Assembly: GCA_900554815.1 (NCBI GenBank)
Contig: USIO01000006.1
Location: 286 to 64,285 of the forward strand
Direction of reading: 5' to 3'
Length of the DNA stretch: 64,000 bases
Source: an uncultured Clostridium sp.
GTDB lineage: Bacteria > Bacillota > Clostridia > TANB77 > CAG-508
The position numbers and the translations under genes were made by a program. Of this stretch, positions 42,547 to 51,275 are shown piece by piece (positions within the stretch are counted from its first letter, which is position 1; each line of letters begins with the position of its first letter). The notes under the pieces were generated by a model. That model did not search any database, was not told the DNA's origin, and saw only the letters and a program-made list of their open reading frames with translations.

Positions 42547-42775
42547 AAGATTAGCTTAAAGAAGCAAGTGGTTTGCTCTTATAGGCGAAGTCTTTTATAT
42601 AAAGGTACTCTTTTATTTCCTTTGGCTCTCTGACTTAAGTTAAGTAAATTATTTGGTTGGATAAGATTAAGTTATAAGCAGAGCTAAATAAGAAAAACTG
42701 TATAAGGAGGTTTCGAATGGAAGAGAGTATGTAAGGCCAGAACACAATTAGTAAATTAGTGTTCTGGTTCTTTTT
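42547..42775 (+). ncRNA. Candidate ~230-nt small RNA or leader transcript (promoter-to-terminator unit)
   Basis: Bounded by the promoter above and a terminator (CCAGAACAC...GTGTTCTGG + TTCTTTTT, 42737..42775). It contains only a 5-codon mini-ORF (AAGGAGG-N6-ATG GAA GAG AGT ATG TAA). No known RNA family recognised. Confidence 0.35.
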
Positions 42776-43092
42776 ATGCTGTTTATTTGTTTTATAAATT
42801 AAAATTTTAATAGAAAAATTATATTTCTTCTTACTTATTTATATTGGAGTTTTGTTGCTTATAAATGATTTGTATACGATTTTTCCAAATTTTTATATAA
42901 ATTATAGCTTGTAAATTGATATATTTAGGGTAATATAGTAGAATAGCAAAGGTACTTTAAAACTTAAAAATAGGGAGTTTGTAAAATTAAGCTAATATAA
43001 ATATAAAGCAATTTTTGCTTACTTCAAAAATAGGTAAGAAAGGATATTTATAAAATTAATTTGTTATTTAAATAACAAGTAAGGAGAAACTT

Positions 43093-43995
43093 ATGCAAGA
43101 AAAAAAGAAAGAAAAAGAGGCAATTTGTTTTTCATTAATTGCTGGAATAGTTTTGCTTATTATAGAAATAATTATGTCAGTAATAACTGATTCAAAAGCT
43201 ATGTTAACAGATGCATTGTATGATTCAATAGATATTATAATTGTAATTTTAACATTGTTTTTAATTAAATTATATAACACACCTATATCTGAAAAGAAAC
43301 CATTTGGATTTTCACAATTGGAATCATTTTTCTTATTAATTAAAACTTTTATGATTTTAGCACTTAATATAAGTATAATTATAAATGCAATTATTTCAAT
43401 TTTAAGTGGCGGAAAAGAAATTGATATTATAGCAGTCTCCTTGTTCCAGTTTATGCTATTTATAGGAAATTTAATTATATGGTTAATAATAAGAAACTTT
43501 AATAAAAAAGTAAATTCTCCAACAATAAAAACAGAAGTAATTGCTTGGAAATTTGATATGGTTTACAGTTTTGGAATGGCTTTTGCGTTTTTTGTAATAC
43601 AATTTTTAGAAAATACCATTTTCAAAAATATTATTCCATATTTTGATCAAGTTGTAGTTATTATTAGTAGTATTGTAATGCTACCAGAATTATTTAAAGT
43701 ATTAAAAGAAAATATAACCAGTGTTTTATTGTTTGCACCAAATAAAGTTTTAACTGATGGAATTAAAAAAATTATAGAAAAGCATTTATTAAATTATAAT
43801 ATGGAAATTTTACATTATGATATTATAAAAACAGGAAGAAAAACTTGGATATCTATTTATTTTAAAGTTCCTAATAACATAGTAGATATAATGCAGCTAA
43901 AAGAAATAACAATAAAATGTTCAAAAGAATTGAATGAAAAAATAGGAAATATCTATTTTGAGTTAGTTCCTGATGTTGAAAATTATTATAGTTAG
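43093..43995 (+). CDS. Cation diffusion facilitator (CDF) family transporter
   Basis: Six TM helices with DALYDS and similar Asp-containing helices and a C-terminal cytoplasmic domain. AAGGAG SD. Confidence 0.7.
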   Translation: MQEKKKEKEAICFSLIAGIVLLIIEIIMSVITDSKAMLTDALYDSIDIIIVILTLFLIKLYNTPISEKKPFGFSQLESFFLLIKTFMILALNISIIINAIISILSGGKEIDIIAVSLFQFMLFIGNLIIWLIIRNFNKKVNSPTIKTEVIAWKFDMVYSFGMAFAFFVIQFLENTIFKNIIPYFDQVVVIISSIVMLPELFKVLKENITSVLLFAPNKVLTDGIKKIIEKHLLNYNMEILHYDIIKTGRKTWISIYFKVPNNIVDIMQLKEITIKCSKELNEKIGNIYFELVPDVENYYS

Positions 43996-44255
43996 AAGTA
44001 GTCTTTATGAGAGTATATGATGTTACAATGTTCTTCTAATTTTGGTAATTTAATCTTATATATTTATATTATCCATCCATTTGGATAATTTTTATATTGT
44101 TTTTGGCCAACAAAAAATCAACCAGATTTTATTTTCTGATTGATTTTGTATCAACTCTGTTTATTAGTTCAAACAGAAACGTCATTGGTGCAGATGAGCA
44201 AATTTGATATTTCATAAGTGCCTGTGCTGTACATGTTTAAGCCATTACTCATATT

Positions 44256-44277
44256 ATTTTAATGGAGTTTTAATGGA
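44256..44277 (+). repeat. Left direct repeat (putative attL core)
   Basis: ATTTTAATGGAGTTTTAATGGA, identical to 48595..48616. Confidence 0.7.
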
Positions 44278-44363
44278 ATTTATAATATTAATTTATCATA
44301 AGTAAATAGAATAAATATAACAAAAAGGCATATGCAATTAAACATACACCCTTCTGTAGAAAA

Positions 44364-44564
44364 TCATGCGTATTTTGCGTGTTCCCTTACGGCACGATAT
44401 TTGCCGTTCGGCAATTTTTCCACAAAACCTCTGATTTCCTCCCAGCCGTACATCGCAGAATGGCATTCCCGAATTGCCTGTAATACCTTCAAGGCATCGC
44501 CTTCTGTGTCCTTCTCAAATGGAGATACAAAAACTTCCCGATATACTTCTTTCTTAGTAGCCAT
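44364..44564 (-). CDS. Hypothetical small protein (66 aa), GC-rich cargo, two in-frame CGG read as triplets
   Basis: AAGGAGG SD. About 44% GC by hand count over 200 nt. CGG at 44538..44540 (VYREV) and 44469..44471 (AIREC) both preserve the frame. Confidence 0.55.
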   Translation of the reverse strand: MATKKEVYREVFVSPFEKDTEGDALKVLQAIRECHSAMYGWEEIRGFVEKLPNGKYRAVREHAKYA

Positions 44565-44684
44565 GATAAATCCTCCTTATAATTGTTCGGAGGTTTGCAC
44601 CTCCGAAAGTTTACCTTTTCAAAGGTGCAACAACAAATGTTACTAATCTTATTATACTACAATTTTACATAAAATGCAATTTTT

Positions 44685-46109
44685 TTACGATATAGATTTT
44701 GCCTCCTGTTTTACCTTAGGAAAAGCAATTATTTTACTATTTTTTAAATGTTTTCTAAGTCCTTCAAGTTCTACTTTCATAAACTTATCTAATACATGAG
44801 CATACGTTTTTTCAAGTTCTCTTACGCTTGTTCCAACTAACTTTGAAATTGTTAGTAAACTCATACCTGATTCAATGGCACGTGTTACAAATGTATGCTT
44901 TGTCATGTGTGTATTACAGCCAGTTACAAGATTTGTTTTTACTCCCGCTTCTCTGCATACTCTTTTAAAGATTTGATTTATTTGTGAAGGTATAATATAG
45001 CTTCCGTCCTTCTTGCAAAATAATAAATGTTCACAATTACTAGGGTTATTGTTAGCAATAATTACTTGTTCTTCTAATATATCAATTAACTGTTCTTTAT
45101 CAAATACATCAAAGGGTATAAAGCGTGTAGCACTATTATTTGATTTTATATTTTTTCTTCCTGTTTTGGTAGTTTCTCCCATAACAATTTTTCTTTCTTT
45201 GTTTTTTGTAAGTGTTCTTTCTATAACAACTCTTTCTAGTTCCCAGTCAATATGTTTTGTATAGTCTAAACCGCCTAATTCTCCACATCTTGCACCTATC
45301 AAAAAAGCTGTTCTTATTAAGTTTTTTACTGTTGTATCATCATAAGCCGATTTTGTATCTGTTATGATTGTATGTGTGTTTATGTATTGTAATAGTGTTG
45401 CTTGTTCTTCTACTTCAAAAGCAATTACTTCTTTTTTTATTTTCTTGCTTATTGGTATATCTATATAGTTCATAGGGTTATCTGTAGTGGTAATTATTTT
45501 ATCAAGTACAGCTTTTCTAAAAGAAGCATTTACTATATTATAAAGTTTGTTAATGTCGCTTTGACTTTTTCCTTCATCTCTTTTTGACCTTAACAACTTT
45601 TTAATATCTTCGCTAGTTGCTTTTTGTATTTTTAGGTTTTCTCCAAGTATTTTTTTAATGTATTCTATACTTTCAAGATTTCTTCCATAAGTGTTTTCGT
45701 TTATATCTCCATTATTTAATTTTTCGTCTTGTATATCAACAGCAATTTGAAACAGTGTAATGGAGCTTTTATCAAGATATGTTCCATTTTGAATTTTGGC
45801 AATAGCTTTATTTTTCTTTTCTGTTGCATTTTTTTGTGCTGTATCACTTCCAACAGTTTTTTTCTTGCCTTTTACAGATATTTGGGCAATGTTCAATTTT
45901 TGGCAATAAAATCTATCACAATACTTTAAACATTCTTCTTTACAATTTTTACACTTATCGCATTTTATATGACCGATTCTGTTATTGCATGGAGTTCTGT
46001 CAGTACATTCTCTACAAATGGCACATTCGCCTCTTGTGTCAAACTTTTTTCTTTTTACTTTTTGAATAGTGGCATAAATACTACCTTCGCCATTTGCACG
46101 TCTTCCCAT
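44685..46109 (-). CDS. int: Tyrosine-type site-specific recombinase/integrase with Cys-rich N-terminal insertion
   Basis: C-terminal catalytic region (ARCGEL..., HMTKHTFVTRAIESG, LVGTSVRELEKTYAHV) and N-terminal CxxC clusters. GGAGG SD. Confidence 0.85.
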   Translation of the reverse strand: MGRRANGEGSIYATIQKVKRKKFDTRGECAICRECTDRTPCNNRIGHIKCDKCKNCKEECLKYCDRFYCQKLNIAQISVKGKKKTVGSDTAQKNATEKKNKAIAKIQNGTYLDKSSITLFQIAVDIQDEKLNNGDINENTYGRNLESIEYIKKILGENLKIQKATSEDIKKLLRSKRDEGKSQSDINKLYNIVNASFRKAVLDKIITTTDNPMNYIDIPISKKIKKEVIAFEVEEQATLLQYINTHTIITDTKSAYDDTTVKNLIRTAFLIGARCGELGGLDYTKHIDWELERVVIERTLTKNKERKIVMGETTKTGRKNIKSNNSATRFIPFDVFDKEQLIDILEEQVIIANNNPSNCEHLLFCKKDGSYIIPSQINQIFKRVCREAGVKTNLVTGCNTHMTKHTFVTRAIESGMSLLTISKLVGTSVRELEKTYAHVLDKFMKVELEGLRKHLKNSKIIAFPKVKQEAKSIS

Positions 46110-46129
46110 AATGAGCCTCCTTTCTTTGT

Positions 46130-46369
46130 CTATATATGACTATTTACAAATTCTCTAGTTTCTTGTGTTTGATAGCACATTAAGTCAAATAGTATGTTAA
46201 GAATTATCTGATTGTCTGTATATCTTGTTGTTAGTTCTTCTATGTTTAGGCTTTCTGCTGTAGCTTCTAATGTTTCGTCTAATAATAAGCCAACTACATT
46301 TTTTAAGCCTTCCATTTGTCCTAATATTGTTTCGATTTTATAAAAATATTCCGCTTCTAATTTTTCCAT
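46130..46369 (-). CDS. Hypothetical protein (79 aa) in mobile element
   Basis: ORF with AAGGAGG SD directly upstream of int. No family recognised. Confidence 0.45.
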   Translation of the reverse strand: MEKLEAEYFYKIETILGQMEGLKNVVGLLLDETLEATAESLNIEELTTRYTDNQIILNILFDLMCYQTQETREFVNSHI

Positions 46370-46554
46370 AAAGAACCTCCTTAATAAATTTTATAATTTA
46401 TTTTGTCAATGTATTTATTTATATTATAAATTATTTTATTGATTTTGTCAATAGTTTTTATAAACTTTTTAATTTATATTTTATATTTATTCATTGACAT
46501 TGTAAAATATTAAGTTTATAATATAAATATATTTTAGAAGCGGAGGTAATATAT

Positions 46555-46770
46555 ATGGGAATGGCTGAAAAAATTAGAATAGCATTAATAAAGCGAAACA
46601 ATATGTCAGAAGCGGAACTTGCTAGAAAATTAGATACAACACCACAAAATTTTAATAGTAAAATGAAACGTGATAATTTTACAGAAAAAGAACTTATTAA
46701 AATTGCAAATGCTCTTAATTGTGATTTTAAAGGCGAATTTGTAGATAAAGAAACAGGCGAAACATTATAA
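46555..46770 (+). CDS. XRE-family helix-turn-helix transcriptional regulator
   Basis: HTH_3-like sequence MSEAELARKLDTTPQNFNSKMKRDNF. It is divergent from the int-side genes across an AT-rich intergenic region. Confidence 0.7.
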   Translation: MGMAEKIRIALIKRNNMSEAELARKLDTTPQNFNSKMKRDNFTEKELIKIANALNCDFKGEFVDKETGETL

Positions 46771-47155
46771 ATTATTTTTGAAAAATGCTATTGTGATATA
46801 TAGCATTTTTCAATTTGTATTTTGCTTATAAAATAATAACATAGCAAAAATAATCTATATAAGTTATTCTTACATACTTTTACACATATATTATAAATAT
46901 ATATATTTAATATTTATATATAATAAGGTTATTTCACTTGTCTTATTTTTGAACAATGCTTGCACAATCTTTAAACAATCAAAAGTCCATTTTTAATTTT
47001 ACTTGTTCAATTTTTATACAAGCATAAAATATGATTTTGTTTATAACTTCAATGTTAATACACATTTTTATAATAACCTTTGCTTGTTCAATTTTTAGGA
47101 ACATATAATATATATTATTTCATACATACTATAAAGCACATCTAAAAATAAAATA

Positions 47156-47617
47156 TTATTTGTTATTGTTTCCATTCCATTTTTGCCATTTATCACAAAA
47201 TTGGTATTTATTAGGGCTATGATTAAACTTGCCACTTGATATTATATCAATAAAGCCATGTTCAACTAATGATTTAATAGAAGTTTGAAAAGTAGATTTT
47301 GAACATATATTTTTATATATTCTATGAGGGTATTCTGTAATAAAATTGCCCTTTGCATATAATACCATACCTATGTAAATGTCTTTGGAAATGGGCTTTA
47401 AATCTCTATAAGCAGTGCTATTGTATAATGTGCTGTAAAGCATTACAAATGAATTATCTCCAATTTCGCCTTTCCATGATTGCTTGTTTGTCCTTTTTAA
47501 GTTTTCTTGTTTCTTTAATTTTGCAATGTCCTTTTCCAATTTCTCTTTTTCTGCTTGTTTTTCTGCAATTATTTCTTTATTACTTCTTTTATTTTTATTC
47601 ATGCCATAAATCAACAC
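47156..47617 (-). CDS. Hypothetical protein (153 aa), possible wHTH/replication-type protein of the element
   Basis: Basic coiled N-terminus and a C-terminal segment STFQTSIKSLVEHGFIDI resembling a winged-helix recognition region. Function not established. Confidence 0.4.
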   Translation of the reverse strand: MLIYGMNKNKRSNKEIIAEKQAEKEKLEKDIAKLKKQENLKRTNKQSWKGEIGDNSFVMLYSTLYNSTAYRDLKPISKDIYIGMVLYAKGNFITEYPHRIYKNICSKSTFQTSIKSLVEHGFIDIISSGKFNHSPNKYQFCDKWQKWNGNNNK

Positions 47618-47729
47618 CTCTTTTCGTTATTTCTTAAAATTAATGTATTTGATATATACTTTTATGTTTTTTTATAATTTTGTCTTAAAATAAGCAATGT
47701 GTTTATTCTATGGAATACAAAAATAGGGT

Positions 47730-48011
47730 TTAAACACTTTCTTTAACTTTTCCCTTTGCTTGTCCTATAATATTTGTTTTAGATAAAATTTGCCTTACTT
47801 TTTCTTTATCTTCAAAATTAGCTTTCCATATTGCACCTACTAATTTTTCTTTTACATACTCTTTTTTGTTAGGCTCTCCCAGTTTTTTTAATAATCTGCA
47901 ATAAGTGGTCTTTCTATTAGTTTCAACAATGACTTGTCCTGAATAAAAATCAGTCCATATATGTGTTTCCGCTTCTTCATTGCAAGTAGTATAAAATTTT
48001 TCTTTTCTCAC
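47730..48011 (-). CDS. Hypothetical protein (93 aa) in mobile element
   Basis: ORF in the same orientation as xis. No family recognised. Confidence 0.4.
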   Translation of the reverse strand: MRKEKFYTTCNEEAETHIWTDFYSGQVIVETNRKTTYCRLLKKLGEPNKKEYVKEKLVGAIWKANFEDKEKVRQILSKTNIIGQAKGKVKESV

Positions 48012-48053
48012 TTGTACACCTTCTTTCGTTTTAAATTCTTATACTTAAATTTT

Positions 48054-48249
48054 TTATTGTGTTTTAAAATTATTTGTTTCTTGTTCTTGAATCCATTTAT
48101 CAATACTATTTTTACTAAAATTAAGTTTGCTCCCGTATTCTCCATACAGGAATTTGTCCGTTTCTTACTAATTTACGAATACTTGATACATTACAACCTA
48201 GATATTTTGCTACTTCTGGAACAGTCCATATAATATTTTCTTTTTCCAT
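48054..48249 (-). CDS. xis: Excisionase-family (MerR-like HTH_17) DNA-binding protein; needs one +1 event at in-frame CGG
   Basis: AAGGAGG SD before ATG 48249. The sequence is WTVPEVAKYLGCNVSSIRKLVRNGQIPVWRI, then CGG 48133..48135. The +1 frame continues -G-SKLNFSKNSIDKWIQEQ, which matches the excisionase pattern (RIG...F....I..W). Length 196 nt = 65 codons + 1. Confidence 0.7.
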
Positions 48250-48594
48250 AATGTCAGCCTCCTTTCAAATATGTTGTATTTGAATTGTTGCAAAATTATA
48301 TATTTTAATTTGATTAATTTTGTAACATTCTATTTTATTGTATTTTGTTTTCTAAAAGTTATATCAATTCTTACTTTATTATTACTTTTCTCTTACTTTC
48401 AAATAAAAAAATAGCCCTTAAACGTTTATATATAAGTATTTAAAAACTTTTTATTTATAACACTGCTTCTATTAGTACATTGCTAATAGGTTTTATATAA
48501 AATGTAAAATTACAGTATTGTAAAAATAGCCCACTTTTTGAAATAGAAGAGGTTGTAAGAATAGCAAGAATTTTTTTTATGGAATTGAAAATTA

Positions 48595-48616
48595 ATTTTA
48601 ATGGAGTTTTAATGGA
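48595..48616 (+). repeat. Right direct repeat (putative attR core)
   Basis: ATTTTAATGGAGTTTTAATGGA, identical to 44256..44277. Confidence 0.7.
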
Positions 48617-48764
48617 GTAAGCCAAAATATTCTATGATAATTTATGATATTTTAAGATAGGCAAAAAAATAAATACTACCTTTAAAAGATAGTATTTGCA
48701 ATACTTTGAAATAAATTAAGATATTGTATGATAATTTACAATATCTTAAAAAAAATATAAAATT

Positions 48765-48853
48765 TGGTGGAGATGGCCGGAATCGAACCGGCACGGGATT
48801 TGAAGCCCGCAGGATTTTAAGTCCTGTGCGTCTGCCAGTTCCGCCACATCTCC
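48765..48853 (-). tRNA. tRNA-Leu (anticodon UAA), type II with long variable arm, CCA encoded
   Basis: Hand-folded cloverleaf: acceptor GGAGATG/CATCTCC, anticodon stem CAGGA/TCCTG with loop CTTAAAA, variable arm CGGG...CCCG, and T-arm GCCGG TTCGATT CCGGC. Confidence 0.9.
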
Positions 48854-48923
48854 ATAATTTGAACTGACAATTGTTATTATACTACTCTTTATTTTAATTT
48901 GTCAATATATTTTATATTTTTTT

Positions 48924-48957
48924 TCCAAAAAAACACACGGGCAAAAAATACCCGTGT
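48924..48957 (-). terminator. Rho-independent terminator after hup
   Basis: Stem ACACGGG / CCCGTGT, followed on the minus strand by a T-run. Confidence 0.7.
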
Positions 48958-48988
48958 ACATATGAATTCATACGATTTATAAAAGAAT

Positions 48989-49267
48989 TTATTTTTTATT
49001 TACTAAATCTTTTAATGCTTTACCAGCTTTAAATACTGGAGCTTTTGATGCAGGTATTTTGATTTCTTCTTTAGTTTGTGGATTTCTTCCTTTTCTAGCT
49101 GCTCTTTTTCTTACTTCAAAAGAACCAAATCCAACAAGTTGAACTTTATCTCCTTTTACTAATGCTCCTGTAACAGTTTCAACAAATGCATTAACTGTTG
49201 CTTCAGCATTCTTTTTTGTGTCTCCTGTTTTTGCAGCTATTGCTGCAATTAAATCAGCTTTGTTCAT
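48989..49267 (-). CDS. hup: DNA-binding protein HU
   Basis: [11 protein letters not shown]...[20 protein letters not shown] signature. Confidence 0.95.
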   Translation of the reverse strand: MNKADLIAAIAAKTGDTKKNAEATVNAFVETVTGALVKGDKVQLVGFGSFEVRKRAARKGRNPQTKEEIKIPASKAPVFKAGKALKDLVNKK

Positions 49268-49434
49268 TTAAATTACCTCCTATAAGATTTTTGTATTTTT
49301 ATGTAGATTTTTATCTACAATTACATATTCGCCGAATTTAGCTAAATTCCTTCTTTTTTCTAACATTTTTCTTGTAAGTTGTTTGTTCTGTAGGTTTTTA
49401 TTATATAGTTAATGTAAAAAGCCTTATTTGAAGC

Positions 49435-51084
49435 CTATTTATAAATTCTAAATTTATAAAGTATTTTATATAGTTTTTCTCCGTAGGGTAACATATATAG
49501 TTCCTCTTTTGAAAGAACTTTTAATAATATAATACATATTATATAAATAATTAAAGCCATTATAATTGAAATTATTGTTGCTACTCTTTGTGGATTTATC
49601 TCAAGCATGCATGTTATGCTAGTATTGCATAAGTCAATATATATATTCCATGAGAATATAACCATTATTATTGTAGCAATTATTGGCTTAATTATGCATT
49701 TTTTTAGGCTTAAACTTATTTTTATGTATTTGTTCAAAACTATAAACGAAATGCAAAAAGAAATTGTGTGGCATACAACCGAAGCAATTGCCGCTCCGTT
49801 TATACCTATTTCTGGAATCGGAATTAATATAATGTTTAAAATTAATTTTATAATTACACCACATCCCAATCCCATAATTGGTACAATTAGTTTTCCCATT
49901 CCTTGTAAAGCTCCATTTAAGGTTTGTTCTAGCATTGTAAATAAAATAGTTAATGAACTAATTTGTAGTACAGTTACTCCAGATGCTGCGTTTGGAAATA
50001 GTAGTTTTAATATTGGCTCTGCAAAAACAATCATTCCTATTGTACATGGTAGTCCTATTAAAATAGTTAGCAATATAGAATAGGATATTCTTTTTTTTGC
50101 TGTGTTGATATCTCTTTTAGTCATTGCAGTTGATATTGCTGGAATTAATGCCACAGCAAAAGCAATGTTAAAAGATAATGGCAAAGCTGTTAATGTATCT
50201 ACTTTTCCACCTAATATACCATATTGTAGTTTTGCTTCCATTGTTGTAAGGAACGTCTCTAAGCCTCTTACTACTGTAAAAGCATCAATATTTTTGCTAA
50301 TTGCTACTAACATAGAACTTAATGAAATAGGAATTGCAACTAGCATAATATTTTTAATGATTGTTTTTATTCTTTCATTTTTTCTATTAATAGATAAATT
50401 AATGTCCTGCCATACTTCTTTTCTTTTTAATCTATAATATGAAAATAAATAAGTAAAGCCTAGAAATGTTGCACAAGTTGTTGCTAAGTTTGCTCCTGCT
50501 GCCATTAAAACAGTATTTGAAGAAGAAATAGTTGCAATTGTACCCACAATAATAATTGTTAATAAAGCTTTACATATTTGTTCTATAGTTTGAGATTTTG
50601 CAGATACACTCATTTGCTCTCTACCATTAAAGTATCCTCTTATAACAGAAGAAATAGCAACAAAGAAAATAGATGGAGCCAAAGCCACTAATGTTAATTC
50701 TGCTTCTGGAATTCTAAGTAGCTTATTTGCAATATAATGAGCTCCAAAAAATAGAATACTAGTTCCACATAATCCAATTAAAGCAAATGTTACAAATGCT
50801 ACTTTAAAAACTCTATGCGCTCCTTTTGTATCTCCCTTAGCTAACTTTTCAGAAACTAGTTTAGATATTGCATTTGGTACACCTATAGAAGATAGAGTAA
50901 GTAATAATGCATATATTTGGAATCCACTACTATAAATGGCGTTTCCTTCGTCTCCAAAGCCCTCTTTATTAGTTAAATATAATTTATATATTAATCCTGA
51001 TACTTTTATAATTACTTGCGAAAACATAATGGCAATTATTCCTTGTATAAAGCTTTCTTTTTGTATTTTTATTTTTTTTAACAT
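49435..51084 (-). CDS. MOP-superfamily flippase (SpoVB / MurJ-like polysaccharide biosynthesis protein)
   Basis: 549 aa with ~14 TM helices, and an N-terminal pattern typical of the stage V sporulation protein B / Wzx-MurJ family. Confidence 0.7.
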   Translation of the reverse strand: MLKKIKIQKESFIQGIIAIMFSQVIIKVSGLIYKLYLTNKEGFGDEGNAIYSSGFQIYALLLTLSSIGVPNAISKLVSEKLAKGDTKGAHRVFKVAFVTFALIGLCGTSILFFGAHYIANKLLRIPEAELTLVALAPSIFFVAISSVIRGYFNGREQMSVSAKSQTIEQICKALLTIIIVGTIATISSSNTVLMAAGANLATTCATFLGFTYLFSYYRLKRKEVWQDINLSINRKNERIKTIIKNIMLVAIPISLSSMLVAISKNIDAFTVVRGLETFLTTMEAKLQYGILGGKVDTLTALPLSFNIAFAVALIPAISTAMTKRDINTAKKRISYSILLTILIGLPCTIGMIVFAEPILKLLFPNAASGVTVLQISSLTILFTMLEQTLNGALQGMGKLIVPIMGLGCGVIIKLILNIILIPIPEIGINGAAIASVVCHTISFCISFIVLNKYIKISLSLKKCIIKPIIATIIMVIFSWNIYIDLCNTSITCMLEINPQRVATIISIIMALIIYIICIILLKVLSKEELYMLPYGEKLYKILYKFRIYK

Positions 51085-51275
51085 ATACGCACTTCCTTAT
51101 TTTTACTATTATTTAATTATATTTATATTGTTATTTTTATTCAAACGTTTTTATGTCATGAGTAAAAATATATTAATTTATATAATAAAAATTTAACATA
51201 AATTTGACAAAAAACCTTGTTTTTTTATTGTTTTTATAGGATAATATAAGTGGATATTTATATTTAACGAAAGCG

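Larger units (their letters stand above)
44256..48616. mobile_element. ~4.4 kb integrative element (tyrosine integrase, excisionase, XRE regulator, cargo ORFs) bounded by 22-bp direct repeats
   Basis: An identical ATTTTAATGGAGTTTTAATGGA sits at both ends. The int gene lies near the left end and xis near the right end. tRNA-Leu lies ~150 bp beyond the right repeat. Confidence 0.7.

Noticed and set aside
47961-48233. Plus-strand 90-aa ORF in the mobile element.
   Set aside because: It is antisense to the SD-preceded excisionase gene (48054..48249), whose HTH motif is recognisable. The composition is F/L/I-rich.
44256-48616. Whether the 22-bp repeats could be CRISPR repeats.
   Set aside because: There are only two copies, 4.3 kb apart, flanking int and xis genes. 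There is no regular spacer array anywhere in the window.
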